A DNA stretch of 63,714 nt from a virus (lineage: Duplodnaviria; Heunggongvirae; Uroviricota; Caudoviricetes): IMG/VR virus record IMGVR_UViG_3300038393_002131; one strand, given 5' to 3'. This document shows, piece by piece, positions 53,658-62,566 of the stretch. The position numbers and the translations under genes were made by a program. Each line of letters starts with the position of its first letter. The stretch's first letter is position 1. The notes below the pieces were generated by a model, which saw nothing but the letters and a program-made list of their open reading frames with translations, was not told where the DNA came from and ran no database searches.

Positions 53658-54037
53658 CCGCGGGCCTCCTGCCGCTCGTCGTCGATGGCGTCGGCGGCCG
53701 CGAGGATCCGGGCGACCTCGACCCGTCGATGCTCCCGCTCGTGGGGCAGCATCTCGGGGTCGGTGAACACACGGTCGATGACCTCCTCGACGCGGCGGGT
53801 CCGCTCGTCGGTGCCGAGCAGGAGCACGGACGTCTTGACGGTCCCGGCGCGCGGCGCCGGCGGCTCGACCAGCACGGAGTTCCCGACGACGCCGCCGTCG
53901 ACGCTGACGTACTCGATCGTCAACCACATGCCGTCGGCCTGCTTGACGACGCCCTCGATGGTGTACGTCGCCCGGACGTGGTCGCCGACGCGGGCCGCTC
54001 TGGCTGGGATCTGCTTGGGTTCGATGGGCTGGGTCAT
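53654..54037 (-). CDS. Hypothetical protein (N-terminal SH3-like barrel)
   Basis: GAAGGGG SD 9 nt before ATG54037; RVGDHVRATYTIEGVV. Confidence 0.7.
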   Translation of the reverse strand: MTQPIEPKQIPARAARVGDHVRATYTIEGVVKQADGMWLTIEYVSVDGGVVGNSVLVEPPAPRAGTVKTSVLLLGTDERTRRVEEVIDRVFTDPEMLPHEREHRRVEVARILAAADAIDDERQEARG

Positions 54038-54125
54038 TCGGGTCACCCCTTCGGTGTGTCAGGTGCCGGGACGCTTCTCCGGCGGTGAGGTTGTGCTGAG
54101 GGTGCGCCAGACGGCGCGGTTGCGG

Positions 54126-54779
54126 CTACTGCTGCTCGGCGTCCTCGTCGCGGCGCTTGAGCTGGGAGATCCGCGAGGCGTTGCGGCCGATGATGTCGGC
54201 GGCCTCGTGCGCGGCCAGGACCTTCTTGTCCTCGACGAGGTCGAGCACGAGCTCGTCACGGGCGGCGCGGGCGACGTCACGGCGGACCTTGGCGGCGAAC
54301 ACCTGCGCGGCCACCTCGGGCAGCTCGTCCTTGGCGTTCTGCTTCCACCAGATGCGGCGGGCCTTGGCGCGCTCGGACACCTCAGGCGTCCAGTTCTTCG
54401 GGCGCTCGGGCCAGTCGCCGAGGACCTTGACCGTCATCTGGTAGAACCCGCCGCGGGTCATGCCGATCGCGGCCGAGATGTTCCGGGCGCCCTCGTGCAG
54501 CGCGAGGGACAGGGCGAGCTTCTTCATGTGGGACTCGAGCCCGTCGACGAGTTCCTTCCCGCCGCCGGCGACGACGATCTCCTTGTCGGCGAGGTCGGCC
54601 TCGGCCTTGGCGATGATCGCGACGGCGCGCTTGAGGCGCTTGACCGGGTCGTCGATGGAGTCCAGGGTGCGGGTGACCGCGGCCGTCTCGGTCGCGGTGA
54701 TGCCCTCGACGTCGAGGGCGGGCAGCTTCGGGTGACCGCTTCGGGTCACGGCACTGTCGGTGCGAGTCATGACGCTCAT
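54126..54779 (-). CDS. Tandem HTH DNA-binding protein (candidate regulator)
   Basis: GARNISAAIGMTRGGFYQM and AAHEAADIIGRNASRISQL, each after a long helix; GAAGGA SD before ATG54779. Confidence 0.7.
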   Translation of the reverse strand: MSVMTRTDSAVTRSGHPKLPALDVEGITATETAAVTRTLDSIDDPVKRLKRAVAIIAKAEADLADKEIVVAGGGKELVDGLESHMKKLALSLALHEGARNISAAIGMTRGGFYQMTVKVLGDWPERPKNWTPEVSERAKARRIWWKQNAKDELPEVAAQVFAAKVRRDVARAARDELVLDLVEDKKVLAAHEAADIIGRNASRISQLKRRDEDAEQQ

Positions 54780-54974
54780 TCGGGGTTGGTCCTTCGGGCC
54801 GTGGAGTGGAGGGGATGCCCCTTTCAGGTCGCTGGTCGGGGACACCCCAACACGTCAATAGCGTATACCCGTGCAACTTCTTGTGTCTTGGACACGCCGA
54901 CGCCCCCGGCGCGGTGCCGGGGGCGTCAAGGTCGTACGGGTGGGGAGCCGTCGAATTGTTCCGTACGACTTCGG

Positions 54975-56360
54975 TCAGTGCAGGCCGAGGACCTTGAGAA
55001 GGCCCGGGCCGGGGATGCCCTCGTTCGGGGTCCAGCCGCCGCGCGGCTGCTTCCGGGCGAGGTCGCGGTACACGGCCCGGGTCATCGCCTCCGTCTGCGA
55101 CCCGTAGAGGCCCGTGGCGCCCGCCGGGTTGTACCGGTTGGCCGCCGAGCCGAGATAGGCCCGGAGAGCGCGCTGGTAGGTCGTGACGTGCCGCGAGGAG
55201 ACACCCGGGCGCAGCTTCGACGCGTCAACCCTTGACACGGCGGCCGAAGTCACCTTCGGGGCCGGGTTGGACGTGGCCTTCGTGCCGCCGGCGAGGACGC
55301 GCAGCAGCGTCGGGCCGGGCTCGGTCGCGTTCGGGGTGACGCCCAGCTTGCGGTACGCGAGCCGCGTCGCGGCCGACGTCGCCGTGCCGTAGTAGCCGTC
55401 GGTGACGACCGAGCCGGTGAGGCCGACCGAGCGGGCCTTGGCGGTGCCGAGGTACGCGGCCAGGGCCTTCTCGTACGAGACGACGGTGCGGTTGCGGGCG
55501 CCGGCGTGCAGGTACTTCTCCGACCACTTCGTGAGCACGACGGGCGCGGCCGCGGCCGGCTTCGCCACCGGCTTGCTCGTCGGCGGCTTCGGGGCGGGCT
55601 TGGACGGGGCCGACGGGGCGGGCGCCTTCACGGTCGGCACGGCGGACGGGACCGGCTTCGGCACGACGATGACCTGCCCGGGCGTGATGACGTTCGGGTT
55701 GGAGATCGCGCCGTTGGCGCCGACGAGCACCGTCACCGACACGCCGACCGCGGCCGCGATCTTGCCGAGGGTGTCGCCCTTCTTGACGACGTACGTGTAG
55801 ACCGGCGAGGCGGGCTTGGTGGTGCCGCCGTTGCGGGCCTTGTACTCGTCCCACGTCTGCCAGACGAACCCGCGAGGGCCGTTGTCGAGGTCCGGGGTGA
55901 CGGTCAGGCCGTCAGCGGCGTACTTCTGCCACTGCGTGACCTGCGACTTGGCGAGGGAGGTCCGGTGCGGGCAGTCCTTCATCACCATGTGGAGGTGGGC
56001 CTGCCAGTCGAAGTGGTACCACCGCTGCTTCTCCTCCGACCAGATGTCGGGCGTGCGGATCATCGCGAGGAACCCGACCTCGCGGTAGATGGCCTGCGCG
56101 AGCTCACGCTGCGCCTTGGAGTAGCCGACGAGGTTGAGGTCGATGTGGCCGCCGCCGGCGCCGATGGAGCCTGACGCGGTCGACCCGTCCTGCCAGGACC
56201 CGAAGTACGGGATGCCCTGCAGGTACTTGTCACCGATGCCGAGCTTCTTGGCCCGGATGGTGAACAGCCGAGCGCCCTCGTTGAGCGCGTCGGGCATGCA
56301 TGTGCAGACGACGACCCGAGGGTCGCGCCATGTGGTCCGTGGTGATATTGAGCCTCCCAT
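54975..56360 (-). CDS. Endolysin: M15-like peptidase + LysM + two PG-binding-like repeats
   Basis: GSW...SGSIGAGGGHID...IRT...WQAHLH; LysM YVVKKGDTLGKIA..NPNVITPGQVI; two repeats V..Y(E/Q)(K/R)AL.AY...G.YG..T..........PGP.LL.VL. Confidence 0.85.
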   Translation of the reverse strand: MGGSISPRTTWRDPRVVVCTCMPDALNEGARLFTIRAKKLGIGDKYLQGIPYFGSWQDGSTASGSIGAGGGHIDLNLVGYSKAQRELAQAIYREVGFLAMIRTPDIWSEEKQRWYHFDWQAHLHMVMKDCPHRTSLAKSQVTQWQKYAADGLTVTPDLDNGPRGFVWQTWDEYKARNGGTTKPASPVYTYVVKKGDTLGKIAAAVGVSVTVLVGANGAISNPNVITPGQVIVVPKPVPSAVPTVKAPAPSAPSKPAPKPPTSKPVAKPAAAAPVVLTKWSEKYLHAGARNRTVVSYEKALAAYLGTAKARSVGLTGSVVTDGYYGTATSAATRLAYRKLGVTPNATEPGPTLLRVLAGGTKATSNPAPKVTSAAVSRVDASKLRPGVSSRHVTTYQRALRAYLGSAANRYNPAGATGLYGSQTEAMTRAVYRDLARKQPRGGWTPNEGIPGPGLLKVLGLH

Positions 56361-56398
56361 GCCGCGGAAGGTGCGGCACGGGAGGCCCTAACGTCGCC
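56361..56398 (-). promoter_or_regulatory. Putative late promoter, leaderless (endolysin)
   Basis: GGCGACGTTAG-N14-CACCTT-N7-ATG56360. Confidence 0.6.
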
Positions 56399-56401
56399 TC
56401 C

Positions 56402-56518
56402 TCAGTAGAGGTCCGTGGCCCGGCACGTCCGGCAGCGGGCGATGCCCCAACCGCCCGCGGTGCGGGGCCCGTACACCCACTCGTGCCGGTGTCGTCGGCG
56501 CCGCGGCCACCACCTCAT
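56402..56518 (-). CDS. Tiny H..H/CxxC protein (38 aa)
   Basis: MRWWPRRRRHRHEW...RCRTC; ATGA overlap. Confidence 0.5.
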   Translation of the reverse strand: MRWWPRRRRHRHEWVYGPRTAGGWGIARCRTCRATDLY

Positions 56519-56826
56519 GAGCCCGGCACTTTCGCCAGGTAGATCCACGCCTCGGGGATCACGAGGTCGCCCAGCGTGATGCCTGACCAGTGGCATGCCT
56601 TGTCGTCGCGGAACCCGAGCGGGGTCGGCGAGTGGTGCTCCCACACCGGTTGCGGGCCGACCTCCGGGTCGTCTCCGCACCACGAGCACGTCCACGCCGC
56701 GACGTCAAGGGTTCCGTCGATCCGCGCGACGTTGTCGCATCCTCCGCAGGAGACGTGGGTGGCCTCAAGGTGCGACGCCTCGCAGCTCGTCGGCGCACGG
56801 AACGGGTTGATCGTGGCCGTCACCAT
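56515..56826 (-). CDS. Cys/His-rich hypothetical protein
   Basis: CGGC, CSWC, H..CHW; coupled operon. Confidence 0.65.
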   Translation of the reverse strand: MVTATINPFRAPTSCEASHLEATHVSCGGCDNVARIDGTLDVAAWTCSWCGDDPEVGPQPVWEHHSPTPLGFRDDKACHWSGITLGDLVIPEAWIYLAKVPGS

Positions 56827-57113
56827 CCGCGCACCGCAGGCCCGAGCACCATGGTCTCCTCGACGGGGGACGTCTGCGTGCCCTCGCGCTCGTTCCAGAC
56901 GAACATGAGGCCGCGGCCCCACCAGCGCACGTCCATGGCGGGCTTCCAGTCCTCGGACGAGCGGGGCGTGAGCGGGTGCTTCCCGCTCACGCGGCGCACA
57001 GCCCACTCGCCGTCCTTGCGGCGCACGTCCCACCAACTGTTGAGGGTGCGGACGGACCACTGGCCGTCCTCGGACTGGAAGGCCGGTTCGGCGCCGGTCA
57101 GGATCGCGGTCAC
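56820..57113 (-). CDS. Trp-rich hypothetical phage protein
   Basis: WSVRTLNSWWDV...TQTSPVEE; GTGA overlap. Confidence 0.65.
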   Translation of the reverse strand: MTAILTGAEPAFQSEDGQWSVRTLNSWWDVRRKDGEWAVRRVSGKHPLTPRSSEDWKPAMDVRWWGRGLMFVWNEREGTQTSPVEETMVLGPAVRGW

Positions 57114-57622
57114 GGGGTCACCTCGTCGAGGTACTCGTCGTAGTTGCCGGTGAGCTCGGCGGGCAGGAGCGGGGCCCACTCCTCCTCGTCGTAGCCGGGG
57201 TGGTCACGGAACGGCCAGGCGAGGATCTGCAGCGTCCGGCACTCGTTCTCGTAGACGACCACGTGGCCGTACGCGTGCTGCTCGCTGCGCTCCGGGTCGA
57301 CGGTGCGCGTCCACGGGTCCGAGGCGGTCCGGTCGGGCGTGTGTATGGCGAGGATGGCGCGCTGCGCGGCGAGCAGGTCCAGCGCCATCAGCGTGTCCTC
57401 ACGGACCGACTCCTTGTCGCCGCCGCAGCACGTCGGGCACCCGTCGTCGCACCACACTCCCCCGCCCCCGCACGCGCCGCCATGCTCGAGGCAGATGCAC
57501 CGCAGGCCCGCCTCGAGCACGTCGTAGTGGCCGGTGAGGAAGTCCACGATCGACGGCGACTCAGGCTCAGGCTCGGGCGTCTCGATGACGGGCAGAACGC
57601 CCGCGACCATGGCGAGGCTCAC
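57110..57622 (-). CDS. DUF6221-like protein
   Basis: LAAQRAILAIH....CRTLQILAWPFRDHPGYDEEEWAP. Confidence 0.7.
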   Translation of the reverse strand: MSLAMVAGVLPVIETPEPEPESPSIVDFLTGHYDVLEAGLRCICLEHGGACGGGGVWCDDGCPTCCGGDKESVREDTLMALDLLAAQRAILAIHTPDRTASDPWTRTVDPERSEQHAYGHVVVYENECRTLQILAWPFRDHPGYDEEEWAPLLPAELTGNYDEYLDEVTP

Positions 57623-57924
57623 GACTGCGCCTCCTTCCGGTGCCACTCGCGCAGCGTCTCCGCGTGCTTGTCGCGCAGCGCCTTGGCGTCGAGGTAGGGC
57701 ATGTCGAGCGTCCCGCCGAGCTCGAGGATCTGCGCGCGGAGCAGGTCTGCGCCCTCCTCGTGGAAGTGCGGGTCGATCATCATGAGGTCGCCGATGAGCT
57801 CCCACGCGTCGAACTTCGGCCCGTAGTGGGAGCGGTCGCAGCCGCCCCACACCTCGGCGTCCTTGCACTCGCGGTGCTCGACGAAGTCGACGACGAGGTC
57901 GACCGCGCGGCCGCAGCGGCTCAC
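57619..57924 (-). CDS. Hypothetical protein
   Basis: GC3-biased; GTGA overlaps at both ends. Confidence 0.65.
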   Translation of the reverse strand: MSRCGRAVDLVVDFVEHRECKDAEVWGGCDRSHYGPKFDAWELIGDLMMIDPHFHEEGADLLRAQILELGGTLDMPYLDAKALRDKHAETLREWHRKEAQS

Positions 57925-58379
57925 GGGGTCGGCTCCTTGTAGTCGGTGGAGCCGTCCTCGGCCGGTTCCAGACCCAGCTCCGGCGCGGTGAGCCCGAGCT
58001 GCTCGATGATCTTCTCCGTCGTCGAACACGGCCAGCTGGGGGTCAGGCAGCACGAGTCGCAGCCGTGGCACTCGTACTCGGTGCGGCGGCCATGCCAGCC
58101 ACCAACGGCCTGGCGCTGGTGGAGGTCGAGGATGGACCGCACGATCGGGTCGGTGACAGCGTCGAGCGCGGCGAGCACGGCCGGCCACTCCTCCCGGGCG
58201 CGCGCCTTCTTCTCCTGCCACGCCCGGTACTGAGCCTCGCGCTTCTCCTGCTCGGTCGGGCCCGGCTTCACCATGCCGAGCTCGACCTGAGCCTCACGGG
58301 ACAGCGTCACGACGCCGCCGGCCTTCTGGATGGCCTTGAGCTCGTCGAACGTGGCGGCACTGACGGAGATCTCGGTCAC
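57921..58379 (-). CDS. Hypothetical protein with H/CxxC/WPC cluster
   Basis: LDLH...ECHGCD...WPCSTT. Confidence 0.7.
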   Translation of the reverse strand: MTEISVSAATFDELKAIQKAGGVVTLSREAQVELGMVKPGPTEQEKREAQYRAWQEKKARAREEWPAVLAALDAVTDPIVRSILDLHQRQAVGGWHGRRTEYECHGCDSCCLTPSWPCSTTEKIIEQLGLTAPELGLEPAEDGSTDYKEPTP

Positions 58380-58669
58380 CGGCGGTGCCTCGGGATCGCA
58401 GCGTCGATGGCGTCGGCGACCTCGTCGATGGGTCGCTTGTCCTCGACGGTCCGGCCGGACGTGAGGCGCACGACGGTGCGCTGGCCGAGGGCCCGCTCGA
58501 AGCTCTCGATCCAGTGGGTGTTGATGAGCTTGTCGCCGATGATGACGAAGCCGGGCGGCTCGACGACCTCGACGTCCTTGGAGGTGGGCTCGCCGTCGGG
58601 GAGGCGGTGCTCGAGGGTCATGGTGCCGGTGCTACCGGGCGCGGGGTTCTCGAGGGTGATGCTGGTCAA
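58376..58669 (-). CDS. Hypothetical protein
   Basis: TTG start with AAGGA SD; C-term LINTHWIESFE..TVVRLTSG..VED..DEVA. Confidence 0.65.
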   Translation of the reverse strand: MTSITLENPAPGSTGTMTLEHRLPDGEPTSKDVEVVEPPGFVIIGDKLINTHWIESFERALGQRTVVRLTSGRTVEDKRPIDEVADAIDAAIPRHRR

Positions 58670-58726
58670 GGGTCTGGTCCTTCCAGTGTCGAGGTGGCGG
58701 GGACGCTGTCCCGCTCGGTGTCAAGC

Positions 58727-59530
58727 CTAGGCGATGCCGGTGATGACCACCTGCGGCATGCGGATCATGGTCGGGTAGGTCGGCGACCCTTGACGGATCC
58801 ACGCGCGGCGCTTCCTGGCGTAGGCGCGGCGCGCGGCCCGGTAGCGGCGGCCGCCGAGCCCGTGGCTCTTGAGGGGCGGGTAGCCGATCGTCGGGACGCT
58901 CGAGGTCACGGTGAGGTCGTAGCGCGGCACGGTCATGGCGATGCGCTCGGCGGCGCGGTACGCGAACATGTCCCGGGTCCACCAGTCGTCATCAGCCGGC
59001 GGCAGGACGTCGACGACGCCCATGCGGCCCGGGAACGACCCGACCGGCGAGCCCACGATGACCACGCCGGGCGGCACGTAGGGGCTCGTGGTGACCGACG
59101 CACGGATCAAGTCGGCCAAGGGGTCCGGTTCGGGCGGCCACTGCTCGGCGACGATCTTGGCGGCGTCCTCCCCCAGCGCGACGGTGATCGTCTCGCGGGA
59201 GATGCGGGGGAACTCGTGCGTCCACGTTGCGTGGAACGTCTCGACGAGGTTGCCGGTGGATTTGAACAGCTCGGCCTCGTCCTCGATCCAGCCGACGTTC
59301 GTCCACCCGCCGACCTCGCGCGGGTCGGTGTCGGCCGGCGCCCACCACACGGTGCCGCCCGGCTCGGTCGCCTCCTCATCGCTGACCCGCTCGAGGCAGA
59401 ACATCGGCTCGTTGCGGGGAGGACTCGACGAAGGAGAGTCCGACTCGCCCCCGGAGGGGGCGGTGGTCACCTCTCGCGCGAAGCGCGACGAAATCTGTTC
59501 GGGAACGGTTTCTGTGGTGGTCACGGTCAC
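58727..59530 (-). CDS. Hypothetical protein with C-terminal Arg-rich motif
   Basis: GTGA overlap; RRYRAARRAYARKRRAWIRQGSP. Confidence 0.6.
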   Translation of the reverse strand: MTVTTTETVPEQISSRFAREVTTAPSGGESDSPSSSPPRNEPMFCLERVSDEEATEPGGTVWWAPADTDPREVGGWTNVGWIEDEAELFKSTGNLVETFHATWTHEFPRISRETITVALGEDAAKIVAEQWPPEPDPLADLIRASVTTSPYVPPGVVIVGSPVGSFPGRMGVVDVLPPADDDWWTRDMFAYRAAERIAMTVPRYDLTVTSSVPTIGYPPLKSHGLGGRRYRAARRAYARKRRAWIRQGSPTYPTMIRMPQVVITGIA

Positions 59531-60111
59531 CGCAGGGCCTCGTGCATGTCGACGACGATCCAGTCGCCGTGGCGCCCGGACGGGCCAGCCTTGAAGTCGA
59601 TCCACGTGCCGCGGCCGTACGGGTCGTAGCAGCGGTGCGGGATCTCCTCGTCGACGTGCCCGGCGGGCTTCCCGCACGGCGCGGAGTCGCACGCGTACAT
59701 CGCCCCGCACGTCGGTCGCCGCTCGGCCTTCATCGCGGCCTGACGCTGCGGGCCGGCCGGTTCGGCGTACGCGGCGGCGAGCTCGGCCTCGTGCGCCTTC
59801 CGCTCCCGCTCGGCCGCCTGCTCGAGCGCGGTGATGTGCTCGTCCTGCTTGCGGACCTGCGCGCGGAGCCGGGCGATCTCCCGGTCCCGCTCGTCGACGG
59901 GGCCGCATGCCGGACAGCCTGGGCCGCAGGTGGGAAGCAGCACGAGCGCGCCCGGCGTGGCGAGCCCTGCCGCGATGCGGGTGGCGAGGTCGGCTAGGAG
60001 CGTGTCGCGTTTGGTCCGCGGGGTGCCGCCGACGAGGGCGAACGTCTCCTCGGCGAGGGCCTGGTACGCGTCGGCGTGCTCGCCGAACACCTGCTCGATG
60101 GTGGGGGTCAC
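59527..60111 (-). CDS. Hypothetical protein (CxxC, coiled coil, C-terminal Cys/His finger)
   Basis: CGPGCPAC, REIARLRAQV, CG...C...H...H. Confidence 0.65.
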   Translation of the reverse strand: MTPTIEQVFGEHADAYQALAEETFALVGGTPRTKRDTLLADLATRIAAGLATPGALVLLPTCGPGCPACGPVDERDREIARLRAQVRKQDEHITALEQAAERERKAHEAELAAAYAEPAGPQRQAAMKAERRPTCGAMYACDSAPCGKPAGHVDEEIPHRCYDPYGRGTWIDFKAGPSGRHGDWIVVDMHEALR

Positions 60112-60617
60112 GGGTTGGGGTCCTTCCGGTTGGCGTCGGTGATGAGGGTGGCGAGCCACGCGGGCGGCTCGGTGGCGGGGAACGCGACGAAGCGGTCCCG
60201 GGCCGGGTCCGGCGCGGCGGCTTCCTCGCGGATGCGCTGACGGTCGGCGTCGATGTAGACGCGCAGCTCGCGGGCCCGCTGCATCCGGCGCTTGAACCGG
60301 TGGTGCTCGGCCTCGGGGATGACGAGGGTGTTGGACCACCGGTCACTGCGGCACTCGCGGAGCCAGCGGTCGGCCTCCTCGACGAGCTCGACGCGCAGCT
60401 GCTCGAGTTCGGCCGCGCACGCCTCGCACGTGCCGTACCGGGCCGGCTCGGACCGGACGGTGGCGTGGGCCGGGATCGGCGCGCGCCGCGGCGGGCGGGT
60501 GACGACCGTCGCGCCGCGGTGCACCGGCGCCGGGACGGGCTCGGGACGCTCGATGTCCCGGGCGACGAGGTCCTCGAGGACCGGCACGACGTGGTGGCAG
60601 TGAATCGGCGTGCTCAT
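60108..60617 (-). CDS. Hypothetical protein (CxxC + helical)
   Basis: MSTPIHCHH..TCEACAAELE; ATGA overlap. Confidence 0.6.
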   Translation of the reverse strand: MSTPIHCHHVVPVLEDLVARDIERPEPVPAPVHRGATVVTRPPRRAPIPAHATVRSEPARYGTCEACAAELEQLRVELVEEADRWLRECRSDRWSNTLVIPEAEHHRFKRRMQRARELRVYIDADRQRIREEAAAPDPARDRFVAFPATEPPAWLATLITDANRKDPNP

Positions 60618-60958
60618 GCGGCCGTGTGCCTGCGGTAGAGCCGCTCGAGGTCGGCGATGCGGCGCCAGTGGGCGTACGCGACGGCGACGCGCTGCCGGGC
60701 CCGGAACAGGAGCGCGTCGCGCACCCACTCCTCCTCCATCCGGTAGTAGCGCGGCTCCTCGCGGCGGTAGGCCCGCTGCTGGGCGGCGTGCTTGCGCCGG
60801 GCGGCACGCCACTGCCGGGCGGTCAGCTTGAGCGGGCCCTCATCGGTCCAGTCGACGGCGCACCAGCAGCCCTCGACGAGCCGGTAGCGGGCAGTGCAGT
60901 GCGGCTCGTGCCGCTTCGGGCCGGGCAGCCCGCACGTCGTGACCGGGCGGGGCGTCAT
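60614..60958 (-). CDS. Hypothetical protein with Arg-rich motif
   Basis: C..H..HC..CWC; TARQWRAARRKHAAQQRAYRREEP. Confidence 0.6.
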   Translation of the reverse strand: MTPRPVTTCGLPGPKRHEPHCTARYRLVEGCWCAVDWTDEGPLKLTARQWRAARRKHAAQQRAYRREEPRYYRMEEEWVRDALLFRARQRVAVAYAHWRRIADLERLYRRHTAA

Positions 60959-61566
60959 CGGGCACCCGCCGCGGCCGCGACATCGGCCAGCGTGGGCCGC
61001 TCCTTGCCGTCGTCGACGACGTACTGGACCATCTGCCGGCGCATGCGGTCGAGTACGGCCCGCAGGAGGGGCTCGTCGGCGATGACCTCCTCGGGAACGT
61101 GCTGCTGGTAGCCGACGCGGCGCCCGTCGAAGGTCCGGGCCTCCATCCGGAGCCACACGAGGCGGTGCCAGCGGGGCGGGGGGCTCCCGGCGCGCTTCCA
61201 CGCCCGCAGGTCACGCCCGTATGCGCGCCGTGAGGCCCGGTACTGCCGCGCGGTCTGCCCCCACAGCCGCCCAGGCGGGCACGGCTGGCCGCCGGAGCGC
61301 CACTCGGACACGACCTCGGCCGTGCACTTCACCGTCCCGGCCTTGAACAGGGCCGTCCAGTCGTCCTCGAGCTCCTGGCGGGGGTCGCGGCGGGTCCGGG
61401 CGGCCTCCGCGTAGGCTCCCAGCGCCGGGAGGGTCGCCTTGAAGGCCATCCCGAGGTCGTTGAAGCGGTTGCGGACCTCGATCATCTGCCGACTGAGGCC
61501 CTCGAGGTCGACTTGGGCGCCTCGGAAGTCGACCAGGCGCGGCCGGAGGGGCGTTTCGACGCTCAT
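60955..61566 (-). CDS. Hypothetical protein with Arg-rich motif
   Basis: TARQYRASRRAYGRDLRAWKRAGSP; ATGA overlap. Confidence 0.6.
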   Translation of the reverse strand: MSVETPLRPRLVDFRGAQVDLEGLSRQMIEVRNRFNDLGMAFKATLPALGAYAEAARTRRDPRQELEDDWTALFKAGTVKCTAEVVSEWRSGGQPCPPGRLWGQTARQYRASRRAYGRDLRAWKRAGSPPPRWHRLVWLRMEARTFDGRRVGYQQHVPEEVIADEPLLRAVLDRMRRQMVQYVVDDGKERPTLADVAAAAGAR

Positions 61567-62129
61567 GCGGGCACCGCCCCGAGGCCGCGGGCCTTCTGCA
61601 TAGCGGAGAGGCCGCCGTGCATGGGGTCGTCGAGCCAGTCGAGCCACATGTGCGACGGCGCGTCGATGTTCTGCACCACCTCGAGGGCGATCCGGACCCG
61701 GAACCAGCGCTGTCGGACGTTCTCGTCGGGGCCTGTGGACGCGAACGTCAGCGACACGTGCTCCTGCTGGCCGCGACGGGACCTCTCAAGGCTGTCGCGG
61801 AACACCTCGAGCACCTGCTGGCGGTAGAACGGGCCGACGGTGTGCACGATCTGGTCGGGGACGAGGCGCCGGAACGAGGGGATGGGGTGGTCGAGGCGGT
61901 CCGCGCGGGCGATGGTCCTCGACATGTGCATGATCGGCACGAAGTCGGAGCCGATGAACGCCGGCGAGAGCAGGCACCACGACTCGTCGAGCGGCTCGTC
62001 GAGGTCGGGGTGCACCTCAGTGGCGAACGGGGCGCCGATCTGCAGGTGCATCGGCTGCGGGGCGACCCCGTCGGCCGGGTAGAACAGCGAGCCGGGGGTT
62101 GCGATGGTGCGGTCGCCTTGGGGGATCAC
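61563..62129 (-). CDS. Hypothetical protein
   Basis: GTGA overlap; GC3-biased frame. Confidence 0.6.
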   Translation of the reverse strand: MIPQGDRTIATPGSLFYPADGVAPQPMHLQIGAPFATEVHPDLDEPLDESWCLLSPAFIGSDFVPIMHMSRTIARADRLDHPIPSFRRLVPDQIVHTVGPFYRQQVLEVFRDSLERSRRGQQEHVSLTFASTGPDENVRQRWFRVRIALEVVQNIDAPSHMWLDWLDDPMHGGLSAMQKARGLGAVPA

Positions 62130-62566
62130 GGGGTGAGCTCCTTGGGGGTGAAGGGGATCTGTGCGGTGCGGCCGGTGAGGTCCCAGCGCCGCACGCCGAC
62201 GCGGTGAAGGCGGTCGATGAGGAACGAGCCGTGCTCGTTCGGCACGAGGTACGGCTCGCCGACGTGCCCGGCGGGCGGCCAGCGGGGCTCCCACCCGCGC
62301 CGGAGCGCCCGGTACAGGTCAGGGGAGACGTGCAGCACGCCGGTGTAGCGTCCGCCGCGGCTCGGGATCGGCTCGGGGGCGATGTAGGCGTGGACGGCCT
62401 CGTCGACGTCGAGGCCGGGGGCCACGAGCGGGTCGCCGCAGAGGGTGACGCGCTTGGCGAGGCCGTGCCGGACGATGCGGCGGGCGTTCTCGGCGTCGTC
62501 GGGCACGTCGAGCGGCAGACTCTCGTCGACAGCGACGCGCATGCCCATGAGCTGCAGGGCGGTCAT
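62126..62566 (-). CDS. Hypothetical protein
   Basis: MTALQLMGMRVAVDESLP..AENARRIVRHG; ATGA overlap. Confidence 0.6.
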   Translation of the reverse strand: MTALQLMGMRVAVDESLPLDVPDDAENARRIVRHGLAKRVTLCGDPLVAPGLDVDEAVHAYIAPEPIPSRGGRYTGVLHVSPDLYRALRRGWEPRWPPAGHVGEPYLVPNEHGSFLIDRLHRVGVRRWDLTGRTAQIPFTPKELTP

